Under the pieces are notes generated by a model, which saw only the letters and a program-made list of their open reading frames with translations, did no database searches and had not been told where the DNA came from. From positions 32,739-96,738 of the IMG/VR virus record IMGVR_UViG_3300028028_000001: 64,000 nt of DNA; one strand, 5' to 3'. This document shows, one piece after another, positions 44,809-53,231 of the stretch. This DNA is from a virus. The first letter of the stretch is position 1; every line of letters starts with the position of its first letter. The position numbers and the translations under genes were made by a program.

Positions 44809-45767
44809 GGAGCTATCTCCTGATTGGGTTCGCCGTCGCCAGGAAACTCCCGCCATTCCCGACCGTCGATAATTGCCCCGGTGTTGTGCTTTCCGAGGCG
44901 AGAAAGAATAGTCACCGGGAAAGCGTCTTCATCGCGGGCCCGCATGAAGTCGATACCCATGTTCAGAACGCGCCCCTTCTTGTCCATGCAGGCATCCGTC
45001 CTGGAAATATGGGTACTGGCCTTGCTGACCCAACGCTGATAGTTCCACATTTCATCGAATACCGGCATCCCGTTACACATATCCACCATTCCGGGCCCGT
45101 ATTCCCCCCACTGTTTAAAAAAATACGGAACCCCAGCGGCCAAACACTGATCGCGCAACCCACGAACCCAATCCGGATGGGTAGGCCGCGCGTTCGGGCC
45201 CGACTCACCGCCAGCGATAACCCAATGGATCCCGTCCAGATTCAACTGGATAGGCCCAAGAAGAGGCTCGCAGGACAGGAAGCGAACGGGCGCTTTGACC
45301 TGTCGAAGGAACGGATACCGCTCATCGAAGCGCTGTTGATTCTCGGCAGTGACCCCGGCCCAGGCGTTGATCGGCCACCAGTAGGACCGATTCCAGGCCA
45401 GCATCGCCTCGGGTCGCTTCGTCAGGAGTTGCCAGATCAGCCCGCGCTTGGTTTCCTCGATGAGTTCCCAGAGTCGTCGCCGGGCCATGACGAGTTCGGG
45501 AAGTTCCTCGAACACGTCGCACGTCGAGCCGCAAAAGACCTTGACCCGCGTGCCTTCCTTCTCGGCCTTTCGACTCCAGGCGATCGGCTGCTTCCAGTAG
45601 GAGTCGCTGGCCATCACCCGAGGATGATCGCCCCATTCCGCGTGGCGTCTCATGCCGGGCGGTAGGGTTTCGGCGTAGCAGTTTTTGCAGGCCTCGGAGA
45701 CCTTTCGGCATCCTGACCATGGATTGAAGGTATTTCCGGTCCACGCTATGTTGGAGTTTTCGCTCAT
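44805..45767 (-). CDS. phage Gp37/Gp68 family protein (DUF5131)
   Basis: IAWTGNTFNPWSGCRKVSEACKNCYAE, LLTKRP, FLSCEPLLGPI, VIAGGESGPNARP, FFFKQWG. Confidence 0.8.
   Translation of the reverse strand: MSENSNIAWTGNTFNPWSGCRKVSEACKNCYAETLPPGMRRHAEWGDHPRVMASDSYWKQPIAWSRKAEKEGTRVKVFCGSTCDVFEELPELVMARRRLWELIEETKRGLIWQLLTKRPEAMLAWNRSYWWPINAWAGVTAENQQRFDERYPFLRQVKAPVRFLSCEPLLGPIQLNLDGIHWVIAGGESGPNARPTHPDWVRGLRDQCLAAGVPYFFKQWGEYGPGMVDMCNGMPVFDEMWNYQRWVSKASTHISRTDACMDKKGRVLNMGIDFMRARDEDAFPVTILSRLGKHNTGAIIDGREWREFPGDGEPNQEIAP
44815..44837 (-). repeat. 23-nt direct repeat, copy 2 (3' end of Gp37/Gp68 gene plus SD of radical-SAM gene)
   Basis: identical 23-mer; both host proteins therefore end in DGEPNQEI; 13-nt partial copy at 44778-44790. 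Confidence 0.9.
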
Positions 45768-45784
45768 TTTCTGCTCCCGTCCGA

Positions 45785-45813
45785 AGTGTAAAATCGTGAG
45801 AGTTCAAACTCAA
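45785..45813 (-). promoter_or_regulatory. sigma70-like promoter candidate upstream of Gp37/Gp68 gene
   Basis: minus-strand TTGAGT, 17 nt, TACACT in the 127-nt gap; host promoter rules unknown. Confidence 0.25.
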
Positions 45814-45894
45814 TCAGCCGGGCCAGAAGGGCGCGCGCAACAGCCGAGAGATGGATACACGTTGCGGCCTTTCTTTCGGCATAGATACGGCGAG

Positions 45895-46266
45895 TCATCC
45901 CTTCACCTCAATAATCGCCTTGGCAATGGCGATCCCTTCGGAATCATGCCAGCCGGTGATACGTTCCGAAAAGTCCGCGACTGCCCAGCCGTTCAAGGGG
46001 TCGTAGCGGGTGGAAAGGAACGGGCGGTTTGTGAGTTCTCGGAGGCCTTGTAGTAGGGCGCCACGCGTGGCTCCATCGGAAAGGGCAGGATACCAACCGA
46101 GGGTGCTTCTGTTGAACATGGTAGCACCTGCGCCGTCACCGTATGGGTGTGGTAGTGTGCCGGTGACTCGGACTTGGTTTCGCCCAAAGACCGCGAGCAT
46201 CCCCTCCCGCCAGCACTCCGGCCAGGCCCTAACGAGTTCTTGGGCTACTTCGGTTTCGTGGGTCAT
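45895..46266 (-). CDS. hypothetical protein
   Basis: ATG 46266 in ATGA overlap; 123 aa. Confidence 0.5.
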   Translation of the reverse strand: MTHETEVAQELVRAWPECWREGMLAVFGRNQVRVTGTLPHPYGDGAGATMFNRSTLGWYPALSDGATRGALLQGLRELTNRPFLSTRYDPLNGWAVADFSERITGWHDSEGIAIAKAIIEVKG

Positions 46267-46532
46267 GATTCCTCCTTGAATTCGAAATACCAAACCGTCT
46301 CGCAATGCGGGCATTTCCACGCGGGGCAACCTGCATAAACAATGTCCGTAAGCCACTCGGGGAGCACGTCCAGGCCGCAGGATGGACAGTGGAAAAGCGG
46401 AGTCATGGCCTCATCACTCCGAAAAGCAAACCAAAGAGGCAGGAGCAAACCCAGAAGAGCCAAGCAGGTTCCTGGCCAAGGTGAATGTCGTACCCGCCGA
46501 CGAGCCCGGCAAGAAGGCCAAGAAGAGGCCAC
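46263..46532 (-). CDS. membrane-anchored zinc-ribbon protein
   Basis: GTG start; LALLGLLLPLWFAF then CPSCG...CPHC. Confidence 0.45.
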   Translation of the reverse strand: MASSWPSCRARRRVRHSPWPGTCLALLGLLLPLWFAFRSDEAMTPLFHCPSCGLDVLPEWLTDIVYAGCPAWKCPHCETVWYFEFKEES

Positions 46533-46572
46533 CTTTTCCCGTAGGCGTATAGGGCGAGGGGGATTGCGAGGA

Positions 46573-46770
46573 TCACGGAGTTACCTCCACAACGACATCA
46601 GCAAATTCCACCCGGTCAATCGACTGCCGGATGATGTTGGCCTGTTTCTCGGCTTCGGACGGGTCGAACCAGAGCGCTTGCCTCTTCGTCTTGGTCAGGA
46701 GAAAAGCCGGCTTTGTTGAGCGGACGAATCTCCGGAAACCGTTGGAGGAGCGGAGGAGGATGGTGGTCAT
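46573..46770 (-). CDS. hypothetical small protein
   Basis: ATG 46770 in ATGA overlap. Confidence 0.45.
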   Translation of the reverse strand: MTTILLRSSNGFRRFVRSTKPAFLLTKTKRQALWFDPSEAEKQANIIRQSIDRVEFADVVVEVTP

Positions 46771-47171
46771 CTCTTCCTCGCTTCCCAAGCCGCAAGAGTC
46801 GCGGGAACGTCGAATCGCGCGCCATACGGGTACCGGTAGCCCGTCGCGCGTTGCCATGGCTGCTCATCGGAATTCCCGACTTCGCGCAGGTAGACCCGAG
46901 CCGGCGTTACCCGTGTGATAACATACTCATCCTTTGGCGCATGAATCCAGACCGGACGGGGAAGAGCCTGATCTTTCTCGGTTTGCTCCAGGCGCGCAAG
47001 TTTCGCTTGAGCCTGCGGAATCAAGCCGTCCCGGGACCATCCCATCAGGATGGAGTCGCGCCGTTCCAGGGCCTCGATGCTCATTTGATGCGCAGCGATG
47101 TTTGCCGCAATGTCAACCCGCTCCTGTTGGAGTCGGGCTATGGTGGCACGGGCCTCTTCGATCGGGGTCAT
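46767..47171 (-). CDS. hypothetical protein
   Basis: 134-aa ORF coupled to the XRE gene. Confidence 0.5.
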   Translation of the reverse strand: MTPIEEARATIARLQQERVDIAANIAAHQMSIEALERRDSILMGWSRDGLIPQAQAKLARLEQTEKDQALPRPVWIHAPKDEYVITRVTPARVYLREVGNSDEQPWQRATGYRYPYGARFDVPATLAAWEARKR

Positions 47172-47467
47172 TTGCCCACCTCCTGAACCCGCCAGACTTC
47201 GGCGGACGGGGTCATCTCCGCGATCTCGGTCCCCGGAAAGTTGACGCAGGCGATCCGGGTGTAGGAAACGCCGTACAAGGCCGCCAGCGCGTCCCTACGG
47301 CTCTTTGAGTTCGGGGAGCGCGTACCACGCTCCCACTCGCTGACGGTGTGAGGCGGGAGGGAGAGGGCCGTCTCTACGGCCTTCTGGGTCAGACCTGCTT
47401 CCCTGCGCAGTTGCCGCAGTCCGTAGCCGTGGCATTTTTGGAGCCAGCGATCGATGGGGTCGGTCAT
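47168..47467 (-). CDS. XRE-family helix-turn-helix regulator
   Basis: LRQLRREAGLTQKAVETALSLPPHTVSEWERG. Confidence 0.7.
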   Translation of the reverse strand: MTDPIDRWLQKCHGYGLRQLRREAGLTQKAVETALSLPPHTVSEWERGTRSPNSKSRRDALAALYGVSYTRIACVNFPGTEIAEMTPSAEVWRVQEVGK

Positions 47468-47811
47468 GGCTTCCTCACTGCCAGTCTCAACTCATCCCGC
47501 TGGATGGTCAAGGACAGGATTTTCTCGCGGAGTCGGCCCTGCTCGACAAGGAACGACTCCACCACGCGAGCCCAGCTCTCGGAGTACGGATAGACGGAGT
47601 AGTTCACGCCGGGTTGGACTCGTTCTATAAGCGAGTGTTTCCGATCCGTTAAGCCGATGATATCGGCCTCCACTTCAATGTAGTTCGGATGCCGTTCCAT
47701 CCGGGTGATTTCCCCGATCCACCATCCTTCTGGATGGTTGACCGAGTCCACTTCGATGATGCACTTCTGCCCTACCTTGGGCGTTTCTTCGGATTTCCAT
47801 TGACCGGACAT
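47464..47811 (-). CDS. hypothetical protein
   Basis: start set at MSGQWK (47811); the upstream part of ORF 47464..48198 overlaps the bL12-like gene in another frame. Confidence 0.5.
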   Translation of the reverse strand: MSGQWKSEETPKVGQKCIIEVDSVNHPEGWWIGEITRMERHPNYIEVEADIIGLTDRKHSLIERVQPGVNYSVYPYSESWARVVESFLVEQGRLREKILSLTIQRDELRLAVRKP

Positions 47812-47813
47812 TT

Positions 47814-48191
47814 CTACTCCTTCACGATCGCACCGGATTCCCGGAGCATCCGGGCGGCGGCGGCGAGGGTGACCGTGGAACCGCTCCGATCGCATCGCAG
47901 TTCCGACTGCCCGATGGTGGTTGGCGCGGCTTCGACGAGGTTCTTGGCCTCCATGAGACCGATGCCGGTCAACTCGCGGATCGCCTTGATGACGTTGATC
48001 TTGTTCTCGCCCCATGAGACGAGGAGGATCGCGTCGCCGGGAATGGGCACGTCCATCTTGGAGAGAGTCGCGGTCTTCTCTGCGATGGCGCCGCGGAGTA
48101 TCTCCGCTCGCGTCAACGCATCGCGGCCGATCCGCTCCAGTTCCTCCGCTCTCGCGCGGAGTACTTCGATTTCCTGTTTCAATCGTTCCAT
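47814..48191 (-). CDS. ribosomal protein bL12 (L7/L12) C-terminal-domain homologue with unrelated coiled-coil N-terminus
   Basis: ILLVSWGENKINVIKAIRELTGIGLMEAKNLVEAAP...LRESGAIVKE aligns by eye with bL12 CTD ([27 protein letters not shown]...LEEAGAEVEVK). Confidence 0.75.
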   Translation of the reverse strand: MERLKQEIEVLRARAEELERIGRDALTRAEILRGAIAEKTATLSKMDVPIPGDAILLVSWGENKINVIKAIRELTGIGLMEAKNLVEAAPTTIGQSELRCDRSGSTVTLAAAARMLRESGAIVKE

Positions 48192-48262
48192 GTTTCACTT
48201 CCTTTCCTCTCTGTCATACCCGGTTAGCGAGAGTCTGTCAACGCGATTCCGTGGAATACTTC

Positions 48263-48511
48263 TCACCAGGGGATAGAACCACGATACCAAGCCACTTTCC
48301 CGCGAGTCGGCACGCCGAGGATCAAGGTGAGAGGATCGCCACGGGACCATGGCCAGGCCACGACGCAAGCGGCGGATCCCTTCGGCAAGGTCCCGAGATA
48401 CCGGCTTACATCGGGTAGAATCATCTCCCCGGAGTAGAGGAGGATCGCCACGTCTTCGGCTCGGCAAGGCGATAACTGCGCCTCGCCGACTTTGGCGCGG
48501 TCGCTAATCAC
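48263..48511 (-). CDS. hypothetical protein
   Basis: GTGA coupling with helicase stop. Confidence 0.45.
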   Translation of the reverse strand: MISDRAKVGEAQLSPCRAEDVAILLYSGEMILPDVSRYLGTLPKGSAACVVAWPWSRGDPLTLILGVPTRGKVAWYRGSIPW

Positions 48512-50490
48512 CGACGAAACCCCACAATCTGCGAAATAGTTGTTTCTCGCCGTTCTATGGCTCGGCAGTCCACCGCGCGGAGACCAGGATGGCTCGTTAG
48601 CCCTGTCGGCTTCCCTTCCCTAAAGGTTTTCGTCCATACCTTCGGCTTTTTCCAGGCGTCGGGAGCGCTCTTTCGGCACGTCTGACAGAACCAGAATAGC
48701 CGATCGGAGAGGACGTAAGGCGAGCCGCAAGAGCAGGTATCGTGCCGCCAGTCCTGCACGCGGGCACGGGATGAGGCGGCCTCGATCAAGATGTCCACCT
48801 CGCCCTTCGTCATAGCCGAGAAGTCACGTTTCAACCCGAGACCGGAAAGGCGCTTGATATCCGCCGGAGTAGCCGGTTTCCCCTTCCAGTCTTCGGCCGT
48901 CGCACCGCGCACTTTCCTATCCAAAAGCCACTTCTGCCCGAATCGGATAGCCTCGCCCTTGTCGGTGAACGTGCCGATCTTTGTAGGATCCTCCTTGTTC
49001 AGGATGGACCAGACTTCAAACCGATCGCATATATGCACGGTCCATCGGTCCTTTTCCGAGGAACCGTATGGAGTACCAGCAAAGAGACCGGACGGGGCGG
49101 CCCGATCCGACAAGCCGGAAGCCGTCCATGTCTTCTGGTACTCGTAAAAGCCGATATCTTCCGTCGCTTTCTGGCCACCGAGGAGGAAGATTTCGTAAGA
49201 CTTGACGCCTGATATCCGGGGCTCGATCGTCAGAAGTTCTGGCGTATCAAGCAGGGTTTGCTTCGGGCGGTCAAGTTCGGAAAGGGGGTGTTTTGAACGG
49301 GCGGTCTTCCACTGGACGCTCGCGATCCGCTCTTCGATGGCCTCGATACATCCGATACCCTGGTCTTCATGGTGGCGACGAACACATAGATCGCCGGGTT
49401 TCCACTCCCTTTTCTCGGTTGGCGAGGTGCGGGAGAGGTCAACCAGATCGGAGAGGTCAAGAGGGCAGCCGTTGTCCACGAGGTCAATGAAAAGGGCGTC
49501 GGGCTTACCTTTCCGCAATGAACGTCCGAGCATCTGGACGAAGACGATCCGGGATTGAGTCGGCCTGGCCTTGAGGATCGCCGCGCAGTTCGGGGCGTCG
49601 AATCCCTCCCGGATGAGGTCCACGGAAACGACCACGGGGATAGCGCCAACCTTGAAGCCATCTACTACCGCGCGACGGTCTTTCATCGCTCCCCAGGCCG
49701 CCCGGGCCGGAATACCGGCCTCCTGGAAGGCCTCGGTAAGGTGCTGCGCGTGCTCGACCGTGACCGCAAAGACGAGGGTCGGGCGAGCTCCGCAACGGGA
49801 AAGGTACTGCTCGACCACCAGCCGGTTACGGTCTGGCGTGTCGATGGCCTTGGCGAGGTCCACCGCCTGCCAGTCGTCGCCGATCGTGCGAACCGAGGAG
49901 AGATCGATGGAGGTCTTGACCCGGAAGGATTGGAGTTGGCAGAGGTCGCCGTTCTCGATCGCTTCACGGATCCCGTACTCGTAGACTACCGCCTGGAACA
50001 CGTCGCCCAGGCCAGACGTTCCGCCTTTCGGGGCGCTGCGGAAGGGGGTCGCGGTCATGCCCACCGTCTTACATGCGAAGTGGTCAATAATCCTTTTTCG
50101 GGACGGCGCTGTGTAGTGGTGCACCTCGTCCGGCAAGAGAAGATCGATTTTCGGCGCGGTCGCCAGTCGCTTGGGGGTCAGGGATTGCGCGGACGCCACA
50201 ATGATCGGGCCGGTCCAATCGTCCAGTTTCGCCATTACAATGGAGCATTTTCCGATCCGGGCGATCCGGTTGGCAAGGTCGGTTACCAGTTCCTCCCGCT
50301 CCGTCGTGATTAGGACGCGCTTTCCTTTGTCGGCGGCGGCTTGGGCGATGCCGGAGATTAGATTCCCTTTTCCCGTTCCAGTTGCGGCGCTGATAATGAT
50401 CCGGTCCCAGGTTTTGAGTCCGGATCGGGCGGCTTGGAAGGCCTCTTCCTGCCACTTTCTTGGGGGTTGGTTCGGGGGGTGGGGGAACAT
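48508..50490 (-). CDS. SF2 DNA helicase (DEAD/DEAH, ResIII-like) with C-terminal zinc ribbon
   Basis: AATGTGKGN, LLLPDEVHHY, GMTATPFR, VQMLGRSLR; C-terminal CSCG...CQTC. Confidence 0.8.
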   Translation of the reverse strand: MFPHPPNQPPRKWQEEAFQAARSGLKTWDRIIISAATGTGKGNLISGIAQAAADKGKRVLITTEREELVTDLANRIARIGKCSIVMAKLDDWTGPIIVASAQSLTPKRLATAPKIDLLLPDEVHHYTAPSRKRIIDHFACKTVGMTATPFRSAPKGGTSGLGDVFQAVVYEYGIREAIENGDLCQLQSFRVKTSIDLSSVRTIGDDWQAVDLAKAIDTPDRNRLVVEQYLSRCGARPTLVFAVTVEHAQHLTEAFQEAGIPARAAWGAMKDRRAVVDGFKVGAIPVVVSVDLIREGFDAPNCAAILKARPTQSRIVFVQMLGRSLRKGKPDALFIDLVDNGCPLDLSDLVDLSRTSPTEKREWKPGDLCVRRHHEDQGIGCIEAIEERIASVQWKTARSKHPLSELDRPKQTLLDTPELLTIEPRISGVKSYEIFLLGGQKATEDIGFYEYQKTWTASGLSDRAAPSGLFAGTPYGSSEKDRWTVHICDRFEVWSILNKEDPTKIGTFTDKGEAIRFGQKWLLDRKVRGATAEDWKGKPATPADIKRLSGLGLKRDFSAMTKGEVDILIEAASSRARVQDWRHDTCSCGSPYVLSDRLFWFCQTCRKSAPDAWKKPKVWTKTFREGKPTGLTSHPGLRAVDCRAIERRETTISQIVGFRR

Positions 50491-50501
50491 GTAAGCAATC
50501 C

Positions 50502-50954
50502 TTACAGGTTCACGCGCCGGATCATCTCGGCTTCAATGCGCTTGATAAGTTGCCACTTCGTTCCAACGTGGTCCACTCCGATCGATTGGGCCGCCTTGAC
50601 GACTTCGGCCTTCGGGTCGTTGTAGGTGACTTTCCGCCCGTACAACGCGCCAAACTTGAGCCACGCCCGTTCCTTGATTTCGTACTGGCGATCCTGTTCT
50701 TCCTTCCTCTCCTGCTCTTCCTTGGCTCTTTGTGAGGCCAACTTTTCCCGGATCGCCGTCTCGTCTATCTCCAGGGGCCGGCGCCATGCCCAGACCGGAT
50801 CGGGTTCGAGCCGGATGACCGCCACGGGTTCCCACGCGCTTAACGCTGCCATGCCTTCGGGGAGCGGTGGGAGATCCTCTTCTGCTGACGCCGTTCCTAT
50901 TTGCCACTTGTCGATTTGCATATGAAGTTCCAGGGAGAGTTTGGGGGTTGGCAT
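50502..50954 (-). CDS. hypothetical protein with SAP/HeH-like C-terminus
   Basis: start at MPTPK; C-terminal AEVVKAAQSIGVDHVGTKWQLIKRIEAEM. Confidence 0.45.
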   Translation of the reverse strand: MPTPKLSLELHMQIDKWQIGTASAEEDLPPLPEGMAALSAWEPVAVIRLEPDPVWAWRRPLEIDETAIREKLASQRAKEEQERKEEQDRQYEIKERAWLKFGALYGRKVTYNDPKAEVVKAAQSIGVDHVGTKWQLIKRIEAEMIRRVNL

Positions 50955-50958
50955 GGGT

Positions 50959-51339
50959 TCACGGTTTGGGAATGAAGAAAGGATCATCCCATGGCGGATA
51001 GGAAACGACAGGAATCCCCTTCGCCCGCGCAAACGCGACTTCCGTTTCCAACCCGGCGGATACCTCCATCGGCGCGCATCTCCAAACGGCATCGCAGACT
51101 GCCACAAGCGCAAGGTCCCGAGAGATGTAAAAGCCCTGTGGATCCTTGGGATTCGTGAGTCCCGCTTCGTGCATCAGGTGATGGTGGATCCATGAGACCA
51201 CCACGAACCCGCTATTTGTTGCGAGCGCGCAGAAGGCCAGGTATCGGCGGATATTGCGCTCCTTGTTGCCCCATTCCGGGGAGCCGTCGCCTTGTAGGGG
51301 GTGGGCTATGTAGATTAGGGGGCCGGGGTGGGGGTTCAT
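50959..51339 (-). CDS. nucleoside 2-deoxyribosyltransferase-like protein (DUF4406/DUF1937-like)
   Basis: PLIYIAHPLQGD...DLALVAVCDAVW...SAGLETEVAFARAKGIPVV; ATG 51339 in ATGA overlap. Confidence 0.55.
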   Translation of the reverse strand: MNPHPGPLIYIAHPLQGDGSPEWGNKERNIRRYLAFCALATNSGFVVVSWIHHHLMHEAGLTNPKDPQGFYISRDLALVAVCDAVWRCAPMEVSAGLETEVAFARAKGIPVVSYPPWDDPFFIPKP

Positions 51340-52364
51340 CTTGCGTGCTCCCATTCAATCCATTGTTTCAGCACGAGCCCGACAGCATGAGCGACGGGAG
51401 GCACTACGGCGTTCCCGAGCGCACAGATTTTCGCCGCGTGGACTCTGGCGGGGGTCCATCCGGACGGCTTGACGCTTCCGTCCATCCAATCGGGAATCCC
51501 ATGAACGCCTCGCACCAGGGGATCGAAAGGCGATGCCCCGGACCACGGAGCCGCCTCATCTCCCGCCCGACACTCGCGGTCCCCTGCTCCGTCCCCGCTT
51601 TCCAGTCTGCCGACATGAGCGTCGGTAGCAGTTCGGATCGCGGAGTCGAGCCAATCCGCAAAGCGGGGAGCAGGCTCATGTGATGCAGATCCCCTCCCGC
51701 CCCGCATCGTTCCCCATCGCTCGCTCGAAGCGTCGGCAGCAGCCCGCGCTGCGCCTTCGTGGTTCGCCCTTCCTTGGGGCGTCGGGATCCGCCCATCTCC
51801 GATGCCGTCAGGGTCGGTAGCAGTTCCGTCCGCAGGTCGCGCCCACGTTGCGGCGCAGCGGGCCTGATTCCCCCGGTCCCCATCGCTGAGCACAGAGTCG
51901 GCAAGAGCGAGAACAAACCCTCTTGACCGCTCGTGTCTGGCTCCCACGTCACAGGCCCGCACGCGCAGGACAGGACTGGTCCGATAGCCGAGATCTGCAA
52001 GTCCGCCCCGCACCACGGGCACCCACGTCTTCTTGGCATTCCAGACGTTCTCGACGACGACAGCGCGAGGTCTGGCTTCTCGGATGACTCGAAGCATCTC
52101 GAACCAGAGACCCGATCGGGCTCCGTCGAAGCCGGCTTTTCGGCCAGCGGTGGACAAGTCCTGGCAAGGGAATCCGCCGCAAATAACATCTGCTGAGACA
52201 TCTCGAAGCTCCTTGATGTCCGGGTAAATCGGACAGTTCCAATGCGCTCGAAGGACCGAGCGACAAAATGCATCGGCCTCGCATTGCCAGGCGACGGGGC
52301 CGAATCCCGCGAGTTCAAGGCCCATTTCGAGCCCGCCTATGCCGCTGAACAGGGAGCCGATCAT
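51336..52364 (-). CDS. DNA (cytosine-5) methyltransferase; target-recognition region appears out of frame (possible pseudogene or indel artefact)
   Basis: this frame: FSGIGGLE (I), GGFPCQDLS (IV), VVVENV (VI), ARHERSRGFVLA (VIII), LGNAVVPPVA (X); the +1 frame (ORF 51404..52318) holds five LLP(T/A)L repeats and FMGFPIGWTE. Confidence 0.8.
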   Translation of the reverse strand: MIGSLFSGIGGLEMGLELAGFGPVAWQCEADAFCRSVLRAHWNCPIYPDIKELRDVSADVICGGFPCQDLSTAGRKAGFDGARSGLWFEMLRVIREARPRAVVVENVWNAKKTWVPVVRGGLADLGYRTSPVLRVRACDVGARHERSRGFVLALADSVLSDGDRGNQARCAATWARPADGTATDPDGIGDGRIPTPQGRANHEGAARAAADASSERWGTMRGGRGSASHEPAPRFADWLDSAIRTATDAHVGRLESGDGAGDRECRAGDEAAPWSGASPFDPLVRGVHGIPDWMDGSVKPSGWTPARVHAAKICALGNAVVPPVAHAVGLVLKQWIEWEHAR

Positions 52365-52663
52365 CCCGTCATCCTCCCCAAAACCAAACCCGCCAGCACA
52401 AGAGCCTCACGCGAAACCTCGTCCAATCCGTCCCGACGTGCATAGACGGCCAAGTCAAGCGCCTCCTGGAGTCCGTCCTTGAGCCCGCGACCGTCGCCGT
52501 AGGGAAGCGGCTTACCGTGCTTCTCGATGCCCATGAGCCGGCGTTCGATGCAGACATCTCGAAGCAAACCTTGGGGCATTTCGTCGATGATGTCCTGCCA
52601 AACGTCGCCTTCCCCTTGGTTGGAGCCTACGGGGAGGGTGGTTACGAGGTCACGCACGTTCAT
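52361..52663 (-). CDS. hypothetical protein (weak all-alpha NTP-pyrophosphohydrolase-like pattern)
   Basis: GIEKHGKPLPYGDGRGLKDGLQEALDLAVYA; weak. Confidence 0.4.
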   Translation of the reverse strand: MNVRDLVTTLPVGSNQGEGDVWQDIIDEMPQGLLRDVCIERRLMGIEKHGKPLPYGDGRGLKDGLQEALDLAVYARRDGLDEVSREALVLAGLVLGRMTG

Positions 52664-53231
52664 TGAACACCTCCGGACAAGCCTTGACCAGTTCAGCGCG
52701 AACGAGAACCATCAAGGCGCGCATCTGCGGGTGAGTCGCCGGGGCCTCGCGGAGGGACAGGACATGGAGCCATTCCCGGAAGTTGCACGTCATCACGATC
52801 TCGGTCTTGAGACCGTTTGGCAGGAAGTACCGGGCTTGCTGGGGAGTCCTACCGCGCGCGAGGCACCTGGAATAGTGGCGTTCGATGGCTGCGAGGAGAA
52901 TCCGATCGGCGTCATCAAGGTCGAAGTCCACGGGGGCGATAAAACGGATCGAGTCGCGGTAGTTGCAGTATCGCGTTGACTCCTGCGAGTAGGCCGCGAT
53001 CCTGTGCCTCACCAGTTCATGCGTCACGCCCCGATCGGTAACGATCCGGATCGTGGCGCTTGCGTGCTCCAACACGGACAGGTGCCCGCGCCGCATGAGC
53101 ATGGCGATGAAAGGGGCGGTTGACTCCGGGTTTCCGGTACTTTGGTAGCAGGTGCGCCCGGCGGACTCGATGAGCCGAGCCGATTCGGGAGTCACGGAAA
53201 GAAGTTCGGCAGACTGATTGACTACTTGCAT
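52650..53231 (-). CDS. thyX: flavin-dependent thymidylate synthase ThyX
   Basis: RHRIAAYSQESTRY (RHRxxSxxxxSxR ThyX signature), LEHASATIRI. Confidence 0.85.
   Translation of the reverse strand: MQVVNQSAELLSVTPESARLIESAGRTCYQSTGNPESTAPFIAMLMRRGHLSVLEHASATIRIVTDRGVTHELVRHRIAAYSQESTRYCNYRDSIRFIAPVDFDLDDADRILLAAIERHYSRCLARGRTPQQARYFLPNGLKTEIVMTCNFREWLHVLSLREAPATHPQMRALMVLVRAELVKACPEVFNERA

Noticed and set aside
44766-45665. 299-aa plus-strand ORF (also 53452..54174 and 54863..55639)
   Set aside because: They lie antisense to the motif-bearing Gp37/Gp68 and dnaN genes and the coupled ORFs at 53470..54392.
47812-48198. Upstream 129 codons of ORF 47464..48198
   Set aside because: This part is Arg/Asp/Gly-rich low-complexity sequence. 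It fully overlaps the clearly homologous bL12-like gene in another frame.
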